A DNA stretch of 64,000 bases from Nitrosopumilus sp. (GTDB lineage: Archaea; Thermoproteota; Nitrososphaeria; Nitrososphaerales; Nitrosopumilaceae). Made by a program: the position numbers and the translations under genes. The DNA lies in contig OZ250186.1 in assembly GCA_965238275.1 (NCBI GenBank), forward strand, positions 256,001-320,000, in the 5' to 3' direction. Under the pieces are notes generated by a model, which did no database searches, was not told where the DNA came from, and saw only the letters and a list, made by a program, of their open reading frames with translations. This document shows positions 8,826-20,939 of the stretch, one piece after another (the stretch's first letter is position 1; the number at the start of each line of letters is the position of its first letter).

Positions 8826-11800
8826 TCAGAACTGTTCCAGATCTGTTCGCGTCTCGTCGGATGCCGTGACAAAGAGCGCGCCGACCAGAATCAGTCTGCC
8901 GGGATCCGTCGTCGCACGCGCATCTTCCTTGTCCCTTGCCGCCATCTCCTTGCCGATCTTCTTCAACTCGTTTATGGCTCTCCGCACATCCGATCCTGTA
9001 TCGCACTCGTCAAGCAGCCTCTCGATGTAGTCACCCCATTGCCGCAGGTCCGCAGAATCCAATATGGAATCGGCCTCTTCTGCATCATGCTCCGTAAGGT
9101 TTCCGTCGTCGATCGCCCCATCCATCACCTCGCGGAAATGCTCTATCGTCCTCTCGCTCTTCTTGGGCTTTGAGCGGAGCTTGGCGGCCATCTTTTCGTC
9201 CTCGCTGTTGCGCCTGCCGATAGCCTCGCGCGCGATCCCGTCTATCTCCAGCAGTCTCCTGAAAGACTCTCCCCCGTTGACGGAGTCCATGGGAAGGTAC
9301 GGTTCTTCGTCTTCCCCGCACCTTACAATCTTGATTGCCTCCATGTCGTCTGCCACCTCGGCCGTTTTTGTAGAATAGTCGAATATGACGGCGTAAAACG
9401 CCCGTCGCGGCCCTTCCCGCACGTATGCCAAGACAATTTTCCTCCCCTCACCCACCTTTCCGGCCCTCCTGCCCATGGGAAACTCTTCCATCCTCATAAT
9501 CCCGGTCTTCCTGATGTGGCGGCTGATTTCGTTGAACGGGGAGGCTGTGGGCATCAGATCGGATTCGTGCTCAAGTGCGTTTGTCACCTTGCTAGAGTCG
9601 CCGTCACCTGCCAATACCCGCAGGCGTTCTGCGGTGGTTGCCTGGAAGTTTTTTGGTGATGCTTCCTGCCCCAGAAGATCCGCATCAAGGCCTACAGTGC
9701 CCTGTATGTCATCGATCTTCCCCATCAGCTTGCCTACCAATACGAGTAGCTCGTCAAGCTCCCTGTCCGGAAAGCACTCCCTAGAGTGCACCGTATCGTG
9801 TACGCTAGTAAGCCTATCCACCCTGCCGATCCTCTGCACCAACCTCATGGGGTTCCACGGCAGGTCGTAATTTACCACATAGTTGCAGTCCTGCAGGTTC
9901 TGCCCCTCCGATATCACCTCTGTCGAGACCAGTATGTCGATCTCTTCGTCCGGTCTTTCTTCCTCTTCGGACAAGTTAGCGGTAGGCGAAAACGCCCTTA
10001 TGATCTTGGGACGGTCAGATTTCCTTACGCTGCCCGTGATCAGGCCGACCCTACTCCCCTCGAACTTGCCCTGCAGGTATTTTTGCACGTACTTGGCGGT
10101 GGCCGTATACTCCGTGAACACTAACACCTTCCTGCTGCCTGACTCTAGAGCCCCGTCCTCCCGGATCGTCTCGGCCACGACTGCTGCCTTCTTGTCGTCT
10201 CCTCGTATGGCATTCAGGGCATCCAGATATTTTTTCAGATGAACAAGGTCGGACTTTATGTCTTCCCTCATGCGTCCCACGTCGTACTTGCTTGCGTCTT
10301 GCTGGGGCAGTCGCATTATCTCGTCCATGAACTCCTCATCTCTTGGCTCACCCTCATCACCATCGCCTTCCATGTCCTTGGCGTTCCACCTTAGCATGAT
10401 GCGGTTCAGCTCTTTTGGCGCCACGATGCGGTTCTCATCCAAGAGTCTGCCAAAATACTTGAACAACCTGATCTTGTTTTCTAGGCTGGCCGTTATGGCA
10501 CCAATGCTGCTCTCGAACCTCTTTAGGAGCAGTATGGTCTGGAGGTGTGCCAGCACCTTGTACCTTTGCTTCTCCTCGTCGGTGAGGGTGGTGTTGTACA
10601 TCTCCACCCCGTATGGTGTCATGTGGAGGGAGTTTATCGTATCAAGCAGGTCTTGGTATATGTTGCCGAAGCGTTCTGTCATGCTGTACCGGATCGGCCT
10701 GTAGTTCCTTTCAGGAAACGTGATGGGTTTTCCACCAAGTGCCACATCCGGGTACACTTCCCTGATGAACGTCCTTGTCCGCCTCACCATAATGGCCTCG
10801 AGAAGCAGTTGGACTTTCTCCAGTCCCTCGTCGATCTTGTGGTTTGTCGCCCGTCTCATGTAATCGTACAGGTCTGGTATCCCAATGTCGGCAAAATGAT
10901 CGTCCTTCTCGCCGGTGATTATGGATACCTGATAGTAGAGGTCCATGAGGGAGTTGTTGATCGGCGTGGCCGTCATCAACAGAACCTGTTTCCTAGGCCC
11001 CAGACTGAGCAATTTCATCAGGTTATGCCGCCTGCCGGTGATGCGTGAGCGGAAGTTCTGGCTTTCGTCTATCACTACAAAGTCGTACTTTTTGTACTTG
11101 AATACGTCAAAGTCTCTCCTGCCGAGCTCCTCAACGCCTATGGTTTTTGCCCTGATCTGTGCCTCGTCGAGCTTGTCCTCCCAGACCGTGTCCCTTACCT
11201 GTGCCGGGGCTATCAGAAGTATCTTCCTGTTCTCTACCATCTTTTTGCGCATCACCTCCAGGCCTATGTGCGTCTTGCCCAATCCGGTAGAGTCGGCAAG
11301 CATCGCCCCGCCGTGCTCGTCCATGGTCTGGAGCAGCACGGATACGGCGTCCTGCTGGAACTTGGGCAGATTAACAGATATGGGGCCTTCCTTCTCGCCC
11401 ATCGCCGTCAGCGCCCTCCTGTACTTTTCAAAGAGCATCTTCAGGTACACCTCGTGCGGCGATGCGGGCATGCCGAACTTTGACTGCTCCAGCACCTGAA
11501 GCATCTCCTCCTTGGCGTCCCTTGCACCATCCCACATCCTCTCGTACCAGTCGCGTATCTTCTTCCAAGTTGATGTAACAAAGATGCCAGCGTTCAGCTC
11601 GTCGTTCCTAGATAGGCCCGCCTCCGTAAAGTTGCTGGAGCCTATGATGGCACCCTCTTGGCCCAGTATGTAACACTTTGCGTGGTTGAACCTGGATCTT
11701 CCCAAGCGCACCTGCACGTTGTCGCGCCTCAGCAGCTTGATCAGCCCCGTGACGCTGTCCATACGATCCGTGTCAAGTTCCTCCCCACCTAAGCCCGATT

Positions 11801-12095
11801 CCAAGGTCTCAGGAAGCGTGTTGGCGTACTTGGTATACTCTTCAAACGTGTCAAAGGACGGGGGCCTCAGGGCGTCCTTGCCAACTAGCAACCTGAACCT
11901 GAACGAATCATTTGATGCTGCCCTCTCAAGTGCCTCGCGCACGGCCCCGTATCCGTTGACCTCAAAGTACCCGGTGGAGACGTCAAGGAAGTTTATCCTG
12001 CCCAGATTCATGTTGATGACGCTTGCCATGTCATGTTTCCTGTTGTCGATGATGTCCGGCTCGGCCTTTTCCTTGTCAAAATTAGGCATAGTCAT
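8826..12095 (-). CDS. PLD-nuclease/SNF2-type helicase fusion
   Basis: HAKCYI...GSSNFT (PLD); DSTGLGKT, DESQ, TATP and QRIGRVDR (SF2 helicase). Confidence 0.88.
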   Translation of the reverse strand: MTMPNFDKEKAEPDIIDNRKHDMASVINMNLGRINFLDVSTGYFEVNGYGAVREALERAASNDSFRFRLLVGKDALRPPSFDTFEEYTKYANTLPETLESGLGGEELDTDRMDSVTGLIKLLRRDNVQVRLGRSRFNHAKCYILGQEGAIIGSSNFTEAGLSRNDELNAGIFVTSTWKKIRDWYERMWDGARDAKEEMLQVLEQSKFGMPASPHEVYLKMLFEKYRRALTAMGEKEGPISVNLPKFQQDAVSVLLQTMDEHGGAMLADSTGLGKTHIGLEVMRKKMVENRKILLIAPAQVRDTVWEDKLDEAQIRAKTIGVEELGRRDFDVFKYKKYDFVVIDESQNFRSRITGRRHNLMKLLSLGPRKQVLLMTATPINNSLMDLYYQVSIITGEKDDHFADIGIPDLYDYMRRATNHKIDEGLEKVQLLLEAIMVRRTRTFIREVYPDVALGGKPITFPERNYRPIRYSMTERFGNIYQDLLDTINSLHMTPYGVEMYNTTLTDEEKQRYKVLAHLQTILLLKRFESSIGAITASLENKIRLFKYFGRLLDENRIVAPKELNRIMLRWNAKDMEGDGDEGEPRDEEFMDEIMRLPQQDASKYDVGRMREDIKSDLVHLKKYLDALNAIRGDDKKAAVVAETIREDGALESGSRKVLVFTEYTATAKYVQKYLQGKFEGSRVGLITGSVRKSDRPKIIRAFSPTANLSEEEERPDEEIDILVSTEVISEGQNLQDCNYVVNYDLPWNPMRLVQRIGRVDRLTSVHDTVHSRECFPDRELDELLVLVGKLMGKIDDIQGTVGLDADLLGQEASPKNFQATTAERLRVLAGDGDSSKVTNALEHESDLMPTASPFNEISRHIRKTGIMRMEEFPMGRRAGKVGEGRKIVLAYVREGPRRAFYAVIFDYSTKTAEVADDMEAIKIVRCGEDEEPYLPMDSVNGGESFRRLLEIDGIAREAIGRRNSEDEKMAAKLRSKPKKSERTIEHFREVMDGAIDDGNLTEHDAEEADSILDSADLRQWGDYIERLLDECDTGSDVRRAINELKKIGKEMAARDKEDARATTDPGRLILVGALFVTASDETRTDLEQF

Positions 12096-15000
12096 GGCGA
12101 TCCTCCAGCTATCTCGTCATAGTATGTGGGGGCCAGTTTGCGAACCTCGCCGTAGAACTGTCGCAGGACCTTGTTGTCATTAAAGTCGGCCGACTGGGCC
12201 GTTAGAAGGTCGGAATTTTCAAGGAATTTGAAGGACTTTAGGATTGTTTCGTATTCTTTTTTTGTCAGTCCGTACGCGTGGGCGACCAGCGCGTCCAGTT
12301 TGGCAGTTGTACGGATACGTTCAGAGGGAGCCAGGAAGACATTCTCCATTCTCAGAGACTCGGCAAACCCCTCGAATTCATCAGGACCCAAGACAAGTTT
12401 GGCAGACAGTTCCACCACATCATCGTAATGCTGCCTGTTTGGAATTGAGATTGTCTTGATGACCGTCGACACATGCATCTGAACCTTCGAACGGGATACA
12501 AAATCAAACGGCATGGAGTTGAGGATGCCGCACAGGTACGCTATCTGCTTGTTGTAGTCATCGCTGGTCTCAAGGCGTCCGTTACGGGTCAGCACGACGG
12601 AGCGCATTGAATATGTATGAAATCTTTGCGGCGGGATTATTGCGGCTATCGTTGTTCGCATGTTGGTTGAACTAGATATGTCACGAAATACCAGTCTGAA
12701 TGAATGGTAGAATTTTCTAGAGTCATTCTTGTATGCACGCTTGTGCTCTTCCCTTTGCAGGCCTGCCGACATGGGAGTGGTAAATATGGGCCTTGCAAAG
12801 GCATGATTAAACTGGTGGATATTGTTTCCCTCAAGCACCGGCCAGCCCTTCCCGCCGTCAGCCAGGAGGCCAGCATCGTTTGTCTTATCAAAACCCCTTG
12901 AGAGCGCCACGCTCCAGTCGTCCCCCAACCCCATCTCCAACGTACCACATGCAGACATCCTGGCCAGCACGGCAAGAATCTTCCCGTCAACCTCGGGGAT
13001 GTGGAGATCGTCAGGAGACAGGTCGCGGATCATTCTCTTGGAGATCGTATGGAATTTTTCTTTCTCTGCGTCCTTGGTTTCAAGCGATGACAGGTTGTGC
13101 AGGTAGAATCCGGAAGGAATATCATCCCCTCCAGGCAGGTTTCTGATTGTCAGGAGCACGAACCGATACCTGCTGTCTATGGGAAATATCTTTTTGCGGT
13201 TCTCAAAAACGTACATCTGCCGCACGTCTGAATCCAGAATCTGTTCCCGCATTCCTGCCGAGCCCGTGTTTGAGAGTACCTGGGAGGGAATGAGTACGGA
13301 TATGATGCCTCCCTCCGACACCAATGCCAGCATGCGCTCCATCATTATCTGCCACATGTCCCTGTCTCCCACGCCTTGCAGGGCATACGTTTTGTAGAAT
13401 TCCGACTTTTCACGAAACGACTGGCGAAAATCGTCGTACTCTTTCCGGATGGCGGTATCTTTTAGGATCTCATCTTGTTTGGTTATTTTTTTCGGTTTGG
13501 TGTCGATGGCGCGAAATGCCGGGTAGTGCCTGGTAAAGAATTCGTCATCGGATGGTTTTACCTTGTCCCACGGCGGGTTTCCCACGATCAGGTCAAAGCC
13601 GTGCCGGGCATCCACAAACGCGTCCATCATCTCAAGCTCCCAGTGGAAGAACCCATACTTGCTTTTCAGTCGTCGTGCAGTCGCAAACGTATTTTGCATG
13701 TCTGCATCTTCTGCTATCCGGCCAGAGAACCGGCGTATGTAGCCTGCCGCGTTCTTGCGCGCCGTTTTAGGTATCGCATTCTTGTCGATCTGTGCAGTGC
13801 AGTACACGTCCAGCATCTCCTTGTGGGGGGACATCACTCGTTCATACTCGTCGTGCGCGTCCTTACTCCGGTGGACCTGCTTTATAGTGACGTCTGCACT
13901 CTTGCTGACGCGATCGATTATGACTCCTATGTTGTCCGTTTTCTCCATCCAATCATCCAGCGATGCGCCTTTTGGATCCCCTATGTCGCTGCGCCACGCT
14001 CCCATGGTAGAGTCGCCTGCCTTGATGTGATGATTCAGGTATGTCAAAGGAACGCCAATGGCAAAAGAGTCAAGCCACAGTGAGACGCGAGCAAGCTCGA
14101 CTGCAAGCGGGTTGACGTCAACTCCAAATATGCACCGCTTCATTACGCGGCGCTTGAGCAGAACGTCATAAGTCAACAATCCCTCGTTTATGGTTATGCC
14201 GTGCTTCTTCTGTTCTGATATTACTGCCTGCCTGTCTTTTTCTATATCGGCAAGCAACGGGTGTTGTGGGTATTTCCTGAGCATGCCAGTGACCCATTTC
14301 GTAATCTGGTTCAACGCCTCAACCAGAAAGTGGCCGCTGCCCATGGAAGGATCCAATACCTGTATGTCAAGCAGCCTGTCCGTGCATGCGCGGATGTTTT
14401 TCTCATTTGGCAGGTCTCCGTACCTGCCTAGGTCAGACGGCAGTAATTTTTCGCGTTCGTCAAATATCGGCTCAAGTCCGCGCTTGACCAAAAACGATAC
14501 CATCTCCTGCGGAGTGTAGTAGCTTCCAGATGATTTTCTCGAGAGCGAACCTGTCCTTGACACTATGTAGAGGTCATTTTTCTTGTACGAGTACGTGGAC
14601 TCGGCACGGGATGCAACCTCACGCACAGCCTTGCCGTCTTCCACCAGCATGATGTCCCGATCTGCCTGGCGTACCTCGAATTCCATCAGAGTCTCGTAGA
14701 TGTTTCCCAAATGCCGTACGCCCAAACTGGCATAGTCTACAGGTTCCCCGTCCTTCTCCATGAACCCCCTCAGCGTCCGGACCGCGTGGAAATTCCTGAT
14801 GTTGATGCCGTCAATCTGCGGAGCGCTCCTGAAGAGGTCGCCGTTGTATTGCGGCAGGTTATGCTCCGGACTCCCATTCCTGACCCCACGGAACAGACTC
14901 AGGACATGCTTCCAGCAACCGTACGAGTCAGGATCCGACTCCATGTCGTCAAGAGAATAGCGTAACGCCAACAGGGACAACGGAGCGTATTTTTTGTCCC

Positions 15001-16146
15001 TGACAGGTAGCAAGTCACGCGATTCTGCATACAACAGGAACCATATGCGGTACATGATCTTTAGCGCAACCTCCTTGGCAGAGGCCAGATCGCCTGACTC
15101 GTACCTCCGAGTACCGTCATACCCCAGCACGCCTTTTACCAAGTCCACAAAGATGCCATCCGGCCTCAAAATCCGCTCAGCCAAGTTCGCCTCGAGATCT
15201 TGTACGTAGTCCCTGCCGTCGTCGAATACCACGTCTATTTTGGCCTTGCCGTTTATCTTCACGTACGACGCGGCGCCGAATACGGCCGCCAAGTACCGCA
15301 GGACTGACTTTTTTCTAGATTGCAGGTTTATCTCAAAGTAGTTGGTGGTGGATGCAGATACCCTCGACGTGTAAAGCCTCCACGTGATCCCGTCCGTGAG
15401 GATGACCCACGGTGTCACGGCAAGTTCTGCCACCGCCCTGTAGCTTGGTGCCACCTCGGCCCGGTTCCTCTGGATTCCAAAGTCCGTCCCCTTCCCAACC
15501 ACCACTATCGATGCTTCTGGAAAGGAATGAGAACGGTAAACGCCATCATTGTGATATTCAAGATCCGACCAGCCAAGCAATTCAAGTGACTTTGCAGAAT
15601 CTCCATTCCATGCCTCCTCCAAGCCATCCAGTTTTGTCGCACCGCCTTCAAGCAGTCTGGTCTTTAGGTAGTGTGTAGAGAAGACGCCCTTGTTGATGAA
15701 ATCTACGGCAGTGGTGGGTATGTTCTGTATAGTATTCTTGATGGCCGCCGCATCTTCAGGCTGGTGCCGGCAGACGCAAAACCGGCAGAAGAAAGCGCCG
15801 TGACCGCCTGTTCGCAGGCGTCAGTGCCGTCTAATGCAAAGACCAAGCTGCTTGATGCAGACTTGAAGTAGAGGCTGTAGTTTGATTTCAGACAGAGCAA
15901 TACAATACAGTGAAAGATGCCGGAGACCTGTCGTTTTGCGTCCGGGATAGCCTTGGCCTTGTGCTCAAATAGCAATACCGGGATTGGAGTGTCGTTACCG
16001 TCAGCCCGCGTGAACCTGTACCGTCCCCATCCGGCGGAGTTGTTGTCGGGGAGGGGCCTGCATTCTTCCGACAGACCCATGGAATCCAAGACTCCTTTGA
16101 TCCTGTTTGGAAATTGAGGGGTTTTTTCAGAATCTTTTATCATCAC
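12092..16146 (-). pseudogene. Type IIG/Eco57I-like N6-adenine methyltransferase-endonuclease, frameshifted near 15750 (main ORF 12092-15622)
   Basis: DPSMGSGHF and GNPPW motifs; the main frame continues upstream of 15622 as FINKGVFSTHYLKTRL and joins the 147-aa ORF by a 1-nt shift. Confidence 0.75.
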
Positions 16147-16899
16147 GCTACCGCCATTGTTTATTGGATTGGCACAGGTTCAGTGATAAACGTATTGACA
16201 TTAACAGTAGATGGAAATGTGTTTTTTTAGGATCACCTAATCTTGCCGCGTTCCTTATGATCACTAGGCGTTCGCCATTATTAGACTCTGGGTGTTAAAA
16301 ATGGAGCGCGCGAGTCTTACACGTTCAAATGAAAAACAAGCAATCACTCCAAATACAGTCCGCCGAATCTGCATATAAGATCATCGGTCCCGTACTGTTT
16401 TCCCTGTTGCAGATCAAGTTCTCAGACAGGTACAACGCCCTGTACGGACCGGTCCACTTTTTTGAACGCTTGTTTGGCATGTGCAGGCACACCGAATACG
16501 CAGAGACTGCATGGTCCAGCGACCCGGACGGCGGGACGGGCATTCCCACGGGCAGGTGGCTGCTTGACAGGATACGCCATATCCGGTACGACTACATGTT
16601 AAAGCGGTGCCAGGCGGTGACAGACCGCACCGTGCGCAGGATGAGGCGGCACGGCATGTTCAGGGAGCCGGTGGACATTGCAATCGACAAACACCTGGTC
16701 TGCAGGTACGACAGGTTCCGGAGGATCGTCAACACCATAAAGTCAAAACCAAAAAAGGGAACGTACAACTTTAACTGCCTGGCGACTGCAAACTGCATCG
16801 TGGCAGACTCCAGGGCGTTTCTGGCAGCCCGGCTGGTCAGAAGGGGAGATACAGACCTCGAGGTGGTCTCAGGACTGATAGCAGACTGCAGAAGGCGGG

Positions 16900-18669
16900 G
16901 TAATTGTTTCGCTTTTTGAAGTACCCCGGATGGCCTAGCGGGCATCCATGGCGCCGGGAATAAATCTAATGATTTCGTGCTCGGGACGACAAAGCTAGAC
17001 TGTCGTGATCTAAATGTGAGTGGGTGCTAGTTCCTTCGAGATAGCAAATGAAGAAACCAGCACACCAGACATGCTTGGAGGTGGAGGAATTTAAGGCAAT
17101 ACACGAGCCCTCCTTACACTTACCACAAATCCTTCCTGATGCCGGGGCGTGCATGAAATCCGGATGCAGGTGCTGTCGGTTCTGGACAAGGGCACTTGGT
17201 GATACGATCGGCTTGACAGGCAAGATCTTGGAGGCTGCTGCCGCCGAAGTTGCAGGCAGGTCAGGCGCCAACTGCAAGGAGATCGAGGGACTGCAGGCAC
17301 TCGTCTCATCCCTCACCGAGGACAACAAGAGGTACGCCAAGGCCAACAGGGAGCTTAACGCCAAGGCCAACAGGATCAACATCCCCACCGTGACCAAGAA
17401 AAAGGCAGGCCCAAGGAAGGCCGGCAGGCCCAAGGGGCAAAAACCCACCATCAACTGCAGGCCAAAACGCGTCGACCGCGTCGAGGAGATCGACTGCAAG
17501 GAATGTCCCGACTGTGGCAACGACAATCTTTCGGACGTGACTGACAGGTACGATCGCATCGTGACTGTCATGCGCGTCATACTGGAAAACGTCAGGTACG
17601 TCATCAAGCGGCGCTGGTGCCGCGGGTGCAAAAAACAGGTCTCTGGAAGGGTTCCCGGCGCGGCAAAACACGCGCGCCGTTCATCAAACTTTGATGCGGC
17701 CATGACGTCCCTGAACATGAACGGTTTGTCGCATGCCAGGGCCGCAGAATTTGGCAGTGACGCGTGGGGGCACAAAATCTCGCGCCCGTCTGCATACCGC
17801 GGCAAGATCAGGCAGGCAGAGCGCATGGCACCGGAGCGTGATTCTGTAAGAAAGCGCGTGTTAGAGGCGCCACACCTGAACGCAGACGAATTCCACTGGC
17901 CGTTGGGCGGCAAACGCGGCTACGGGATAGTGGCCCTGGCAAAAGACGCCTGCCTCGTGGAGGTGACCGGCTCGCGGGGCATCAAGACGCTTTGCCACAC
18001 ACTCCCGGACTACAAGGGAACCATAACGCAGGACTCGTATGCAGGATGGCTCCACGTGGGATCGTGCCGCCAGATGTGCGTGTGGCACCAGGAACGCCTG
18101 GTGCAAAAGGACGTCCTGACCAACCCCAAAGGTGACGTTCCAAAGTTTCTGGACAGGCTGTCGGCAATCCACGATAAGATTTATCGCGCATCCAGAATCG
18201 AGGACGGGCACACGAGGATCGTCGCGGCCCACTGCATAGACGCGGAGCTGCGCGGGCTGATGAACGAACCGTTTGCAGACGATGGGCACGGCACCATCGC
18301 CAGACACAAGAAGAGGAACCCCCGGGAGGGATACTTTATGACCACCTGCCTGCACGTGGACGGCATCGAGCCGGACAACAACGCAGTGGAGAGGGTCAAC
18401 CGGAGGTTCGTGGCCATAAGGAGCGACGGGGGCGGAAACCGCTCCCAGAAGGGCATGGATGCCAACTCGATCCTGTTCACGCTGCTGGCAACTGACAGGA
18501 TCAGCGGAAACAGCTTCTTTAATCACTTGGTCCACTCGTCCTCTGGAGACAGTTGAGGCATCGTCTTACGGCACGCGCGGTGCATCACGGGAAAAAAGAT
18601 TCCACGGCAAGGGAAAGGCTGCACCTGCTCCACTGTTAGGCAGGCCACTTCAAAAAGCGAAACTGTTAC
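16900..18669 (+). mobile_element. IS66-family element nested in the ISH3 element
   Basis: GTAA...TTAC ends, ~23-bp TIR, 8-bp TSD AAGGCGGG. Confidence 0.9.
17048..18556 (+). CDS. IS66-family transposase
   Basis: CPDCG/CRGC zinc finger; ADE, QDSY and DNNAVER motifs. Confidence 0.88.
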   Translation: MKKPAHQTCLEVEEFKAIHEPSLHLPQILPDAGACMKSGCRCCRFWTRALGDTIGLTGKILEAAAAEVAGRSGANCKEIEGLQALVSSLTEDNKRYAKANRELNAKANRINIPTVTKKKAGPRKAGRPKGQKPTINCRPKRVDRVEEIDCKECPDCGNDNLSDVTDRYDRIVTVMRVILENVRYVIKRRWCRGCKKQVSGRVPGAAKHARRSSNFDAAMTSLNMNGLSHARAAEFGSDAWGHKISRPSAYRGKIRQAERMAPERDSVRKRVLEAPHLNADEFHWPLGGKRGYGIVALAKDACLVEVTGSRGIKTLCHTLPDYKGTITQDSYAGWLHVGSCRQMCVWHQERLVQKDVLTNPKGDVPKFLDRLSAIHDKIYRASRIEDGHTRIVAAHCIDAELRGLMNEPFADDGHGTIARHKKRNPREGYFMTTCLHVDGIEPDNNAVERVNRRFVAIRSDGGGNRSQKGMDANSILFTLLATDRISGNSFFNHLVHSSSGDS

Positions 18670-19726
18670 AAGGCGGGGGATAATGATCAAGTCACTAAAG
18701 ATAGACCGGGAGTTCTTTTCTGTGGACATCATTAACATGCTGGAGCGTGAAGGGATCCCGTTCATGGTGCCTGCAATCAAGACCAAGGGCGTCAAAAAAG
18801 CCGTAGAGGAGTTCAAAGACGGCAGGAGGAAGGCGGTGTCGCGGCATTCCATAGATTCGGGACGCGATACTGCCGAGTTTACACTGATAATCCAAAAGAG
18901 GAAGAACGGCCACTTTACGCTTGCCACCAACGCCACGGTGCCGCAGGTGCTGGGGTTCGAGTCTGGCGGCGGCCTGACAGGCGCACACGGATTCGCAGAA
19001 CAGTACCGCCTCCGCTGGGGAGTGGAGACTGCGTACAGCAACTACGAGTCCCTCAGGCCCCGCACCACGAGCAGGAACGAGTCGGTGCGCATGCTGCTGC
19101 TGTTCTTCCCGATATTCATTTACAACGCCTGGGCGCTGGTCCGCCACCTGCTCCGGATCTCATTCCACGGCAGGCACATGACGCTCATAAAGATGCTCAG
19201 GCTGTTTCTCAGGTTCATGAAAGAGTTGGGCCTGGCCGAACCACCCACGTGAATTGTGTTTCTTGACGCATTGACACGCAAGTGCCGGCCGCAAGGCTGC
19301 GCGGACATGCAGCAACCGGTGCCGGGGTGCCAACGGAATGTGCGCAGGACAGTCAATTGTGATGATCTTCGGGATTTGTGGACAGTTAGTTGCTAATCAT
19401 GGGTTTGGTAAAGACTGTTGGGCATGTGCAATTAGACACATTTCCAACTACTGATTAAGATTAGGGGGGGTTATCTTACGTGTAGCCTGCTGCGTAATTT
19501 CCTCCGTTCAGACTGAGCGTGCACAGGCACCGTATGTATAATCCTGCACCACCTGCGCTCTCATTATCAACCTGTTGTACGTGGGCAACAAAACACGGTG
19601 CTGCATGCAATTCGTTGATCGACATATTGCCCGTCTGGCACGCTCATCAATCATCCATCTCGCGGTCCGCTACGGGTGCCGAATGCCCTTTGAACCATAG
19701 AAATAGGTACGCTTATAGATCCCATT

Positions 19727-20128
19727 TTGGGAATGTGCCTAATGTTGAAAACCAAGTCCATATATGCGCCGTCGGATCCTAACGACGGGGAGCGCGTTCT
19801 GGTCACTAGGTTCTATCCGCGCGGCGTAAAACGGGAGCGCTTCCACGAATGGCGGCGCGAGTTGGCGCCTAGCGTCAAGCTGCTCAAACAATACAAAGAG
19901 ATGGAAATATCCGAAGATGAGTTTGAGCGATGCTTCAAGATTGAAATGAACGCCGTTGCAAGCAGACAGGCCATCAAAGACTTGAGAACACGCGCAATGG
20001 TATCCAACGTGACGCTCCTGTGCTACGAACCGGAAGGAGAGATGTGCCACCGCAACATCTTGCAGGAGATCATACGCAACATGTTACACGCTTCGCTTAA
20101 ATCTAAATACGCTGATTACCATGAATGA
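19727..20128 (+). CDS. DUF488-family protein (YeaO-like)
   Basis: DGERVLVTRFYPRG, ELAPS and TLLCYE...CHR motifs. Confidence 0.8.
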   Translation: MGMCLMLKTKSIYAPSDPNDGERVLVTRFYPRGVKRERFHEWRRELAPSVKLLKQYKEMEISEDEFERCFKIEMNAVASRQAIKDLRTRAMVSNVTLLCYEPEGEMCHRNILQEIIRNMLHASLKSKYADYHE

Positions 20129-20848
20129 ATTTCTGTGTTGAGCCGCGTTACCCACCAAGAAATATTTGTCAAAATTCGGATCGGTGATGCCCAGGTTTGT
20201 CAGTCCCTGTTCCATGTTAGCAGGGTTCTTTCTCATCCATTCATAGATGCCCCATTCTAGAATCTGCTGATCGTGAGGTTTTGCTGACCGGCAGCCCGAA
20301 CAGTGATACTGTACGCGAGGCTGTTTCTGGTAGTTGTGTATCGTGAGGAACAGCACGTCAGAATCCAGCGTAGATTGCACGGACGGGCTGTAGTTTTTTC
20401 TATCTGCCATCCAGCTCTTGATTATCTTCGGTTTGATTATGCCCAAACTGCGTTTGGCGTCGTTGAGGTCTTGTACACAGTTAACACCGAATTCATCGTA
20501 CAGTTTTTTTAGCAAATCAATCTGTTTTGGACGTGTCAGTTTGTCAACTACTTGGATCTTCTCTCTTAGTCTAGACCATTCGTCTTTCGATCCCTGAACT
20601 TTCCAGCTTTCGGTTCTGGTGTCTTGCGGGTTTTTTTCTAAAGGCATGCTTACGACATTCCATCGAGGCATCTTAGCCTCGGGCGGCACGGGGTATATCC
20701 TAACAAGTCCGTGTTTGGGAGAGTAACACGCTGTACATACGGTTCTTCGGTTGTCGCTTATCTCATCAGGAACTGCGTTTCCCAACATAATAAGATCGTC
20801 CATTACAACTCTGTCTGGGTCCACATTACCAAGTATGGTCAGTATCAT
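20084..20848 (-). CDS. Conserved hypothetical protein
   Basis: 254-aa ORF with TVCTA..RIYPVP..DTRTES and CxxC..H motifs; convergent with DUF488. Confidence 0.7.
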   Translation of the reverse strand: MILTILGNVDPDRVVMDDLIMLGNAVPDEISDNRRTVCTACYSPKHGLVRIYPVPPEAKMPRWNVVSMPLEKNPQDTRTESWKVQGSKDEWSRLREKIQVVDKLTRPKQIDLLKKLYDEFGVNCVQDLNDAKRSLGIIKPKIIKSWMADRKNYSPSVQSTLDSDVLFLTIHNYQKQPRVQYHCSGCRSAKPHDQQILEWGIYEWMRKNPANMEQGLTNLGITDPNFDKYFLVGNAAQHRNSFMVISVFRFKRSV

Positions 20849-20939
20849 AAATCATTATCTATAGCTAAGATCAAAAATTTGTGTGGATTAATTCAGTTTT
20901 TTTGTTTACATGTATGATCAATTCCAGATTGAATCATGT

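Larger units (their letters stand above)
16205..19453 (+). mobile_element. ISH3-family element; transposase split into 16329-16899 and 18678-19252
   Basis: TIR CAGTAG(A/T)TGGAAATGTGT; 5-bp TSD ATTAA; IAIDKH, DREFFS and YRLRWGVE motifs. Confidence 0.85.

Noticed and set aside
8826-16146. Complete DISARM or BREX system
   Set aside because: No drmA/drmB, pglZ or brxC is recognisable nearby.
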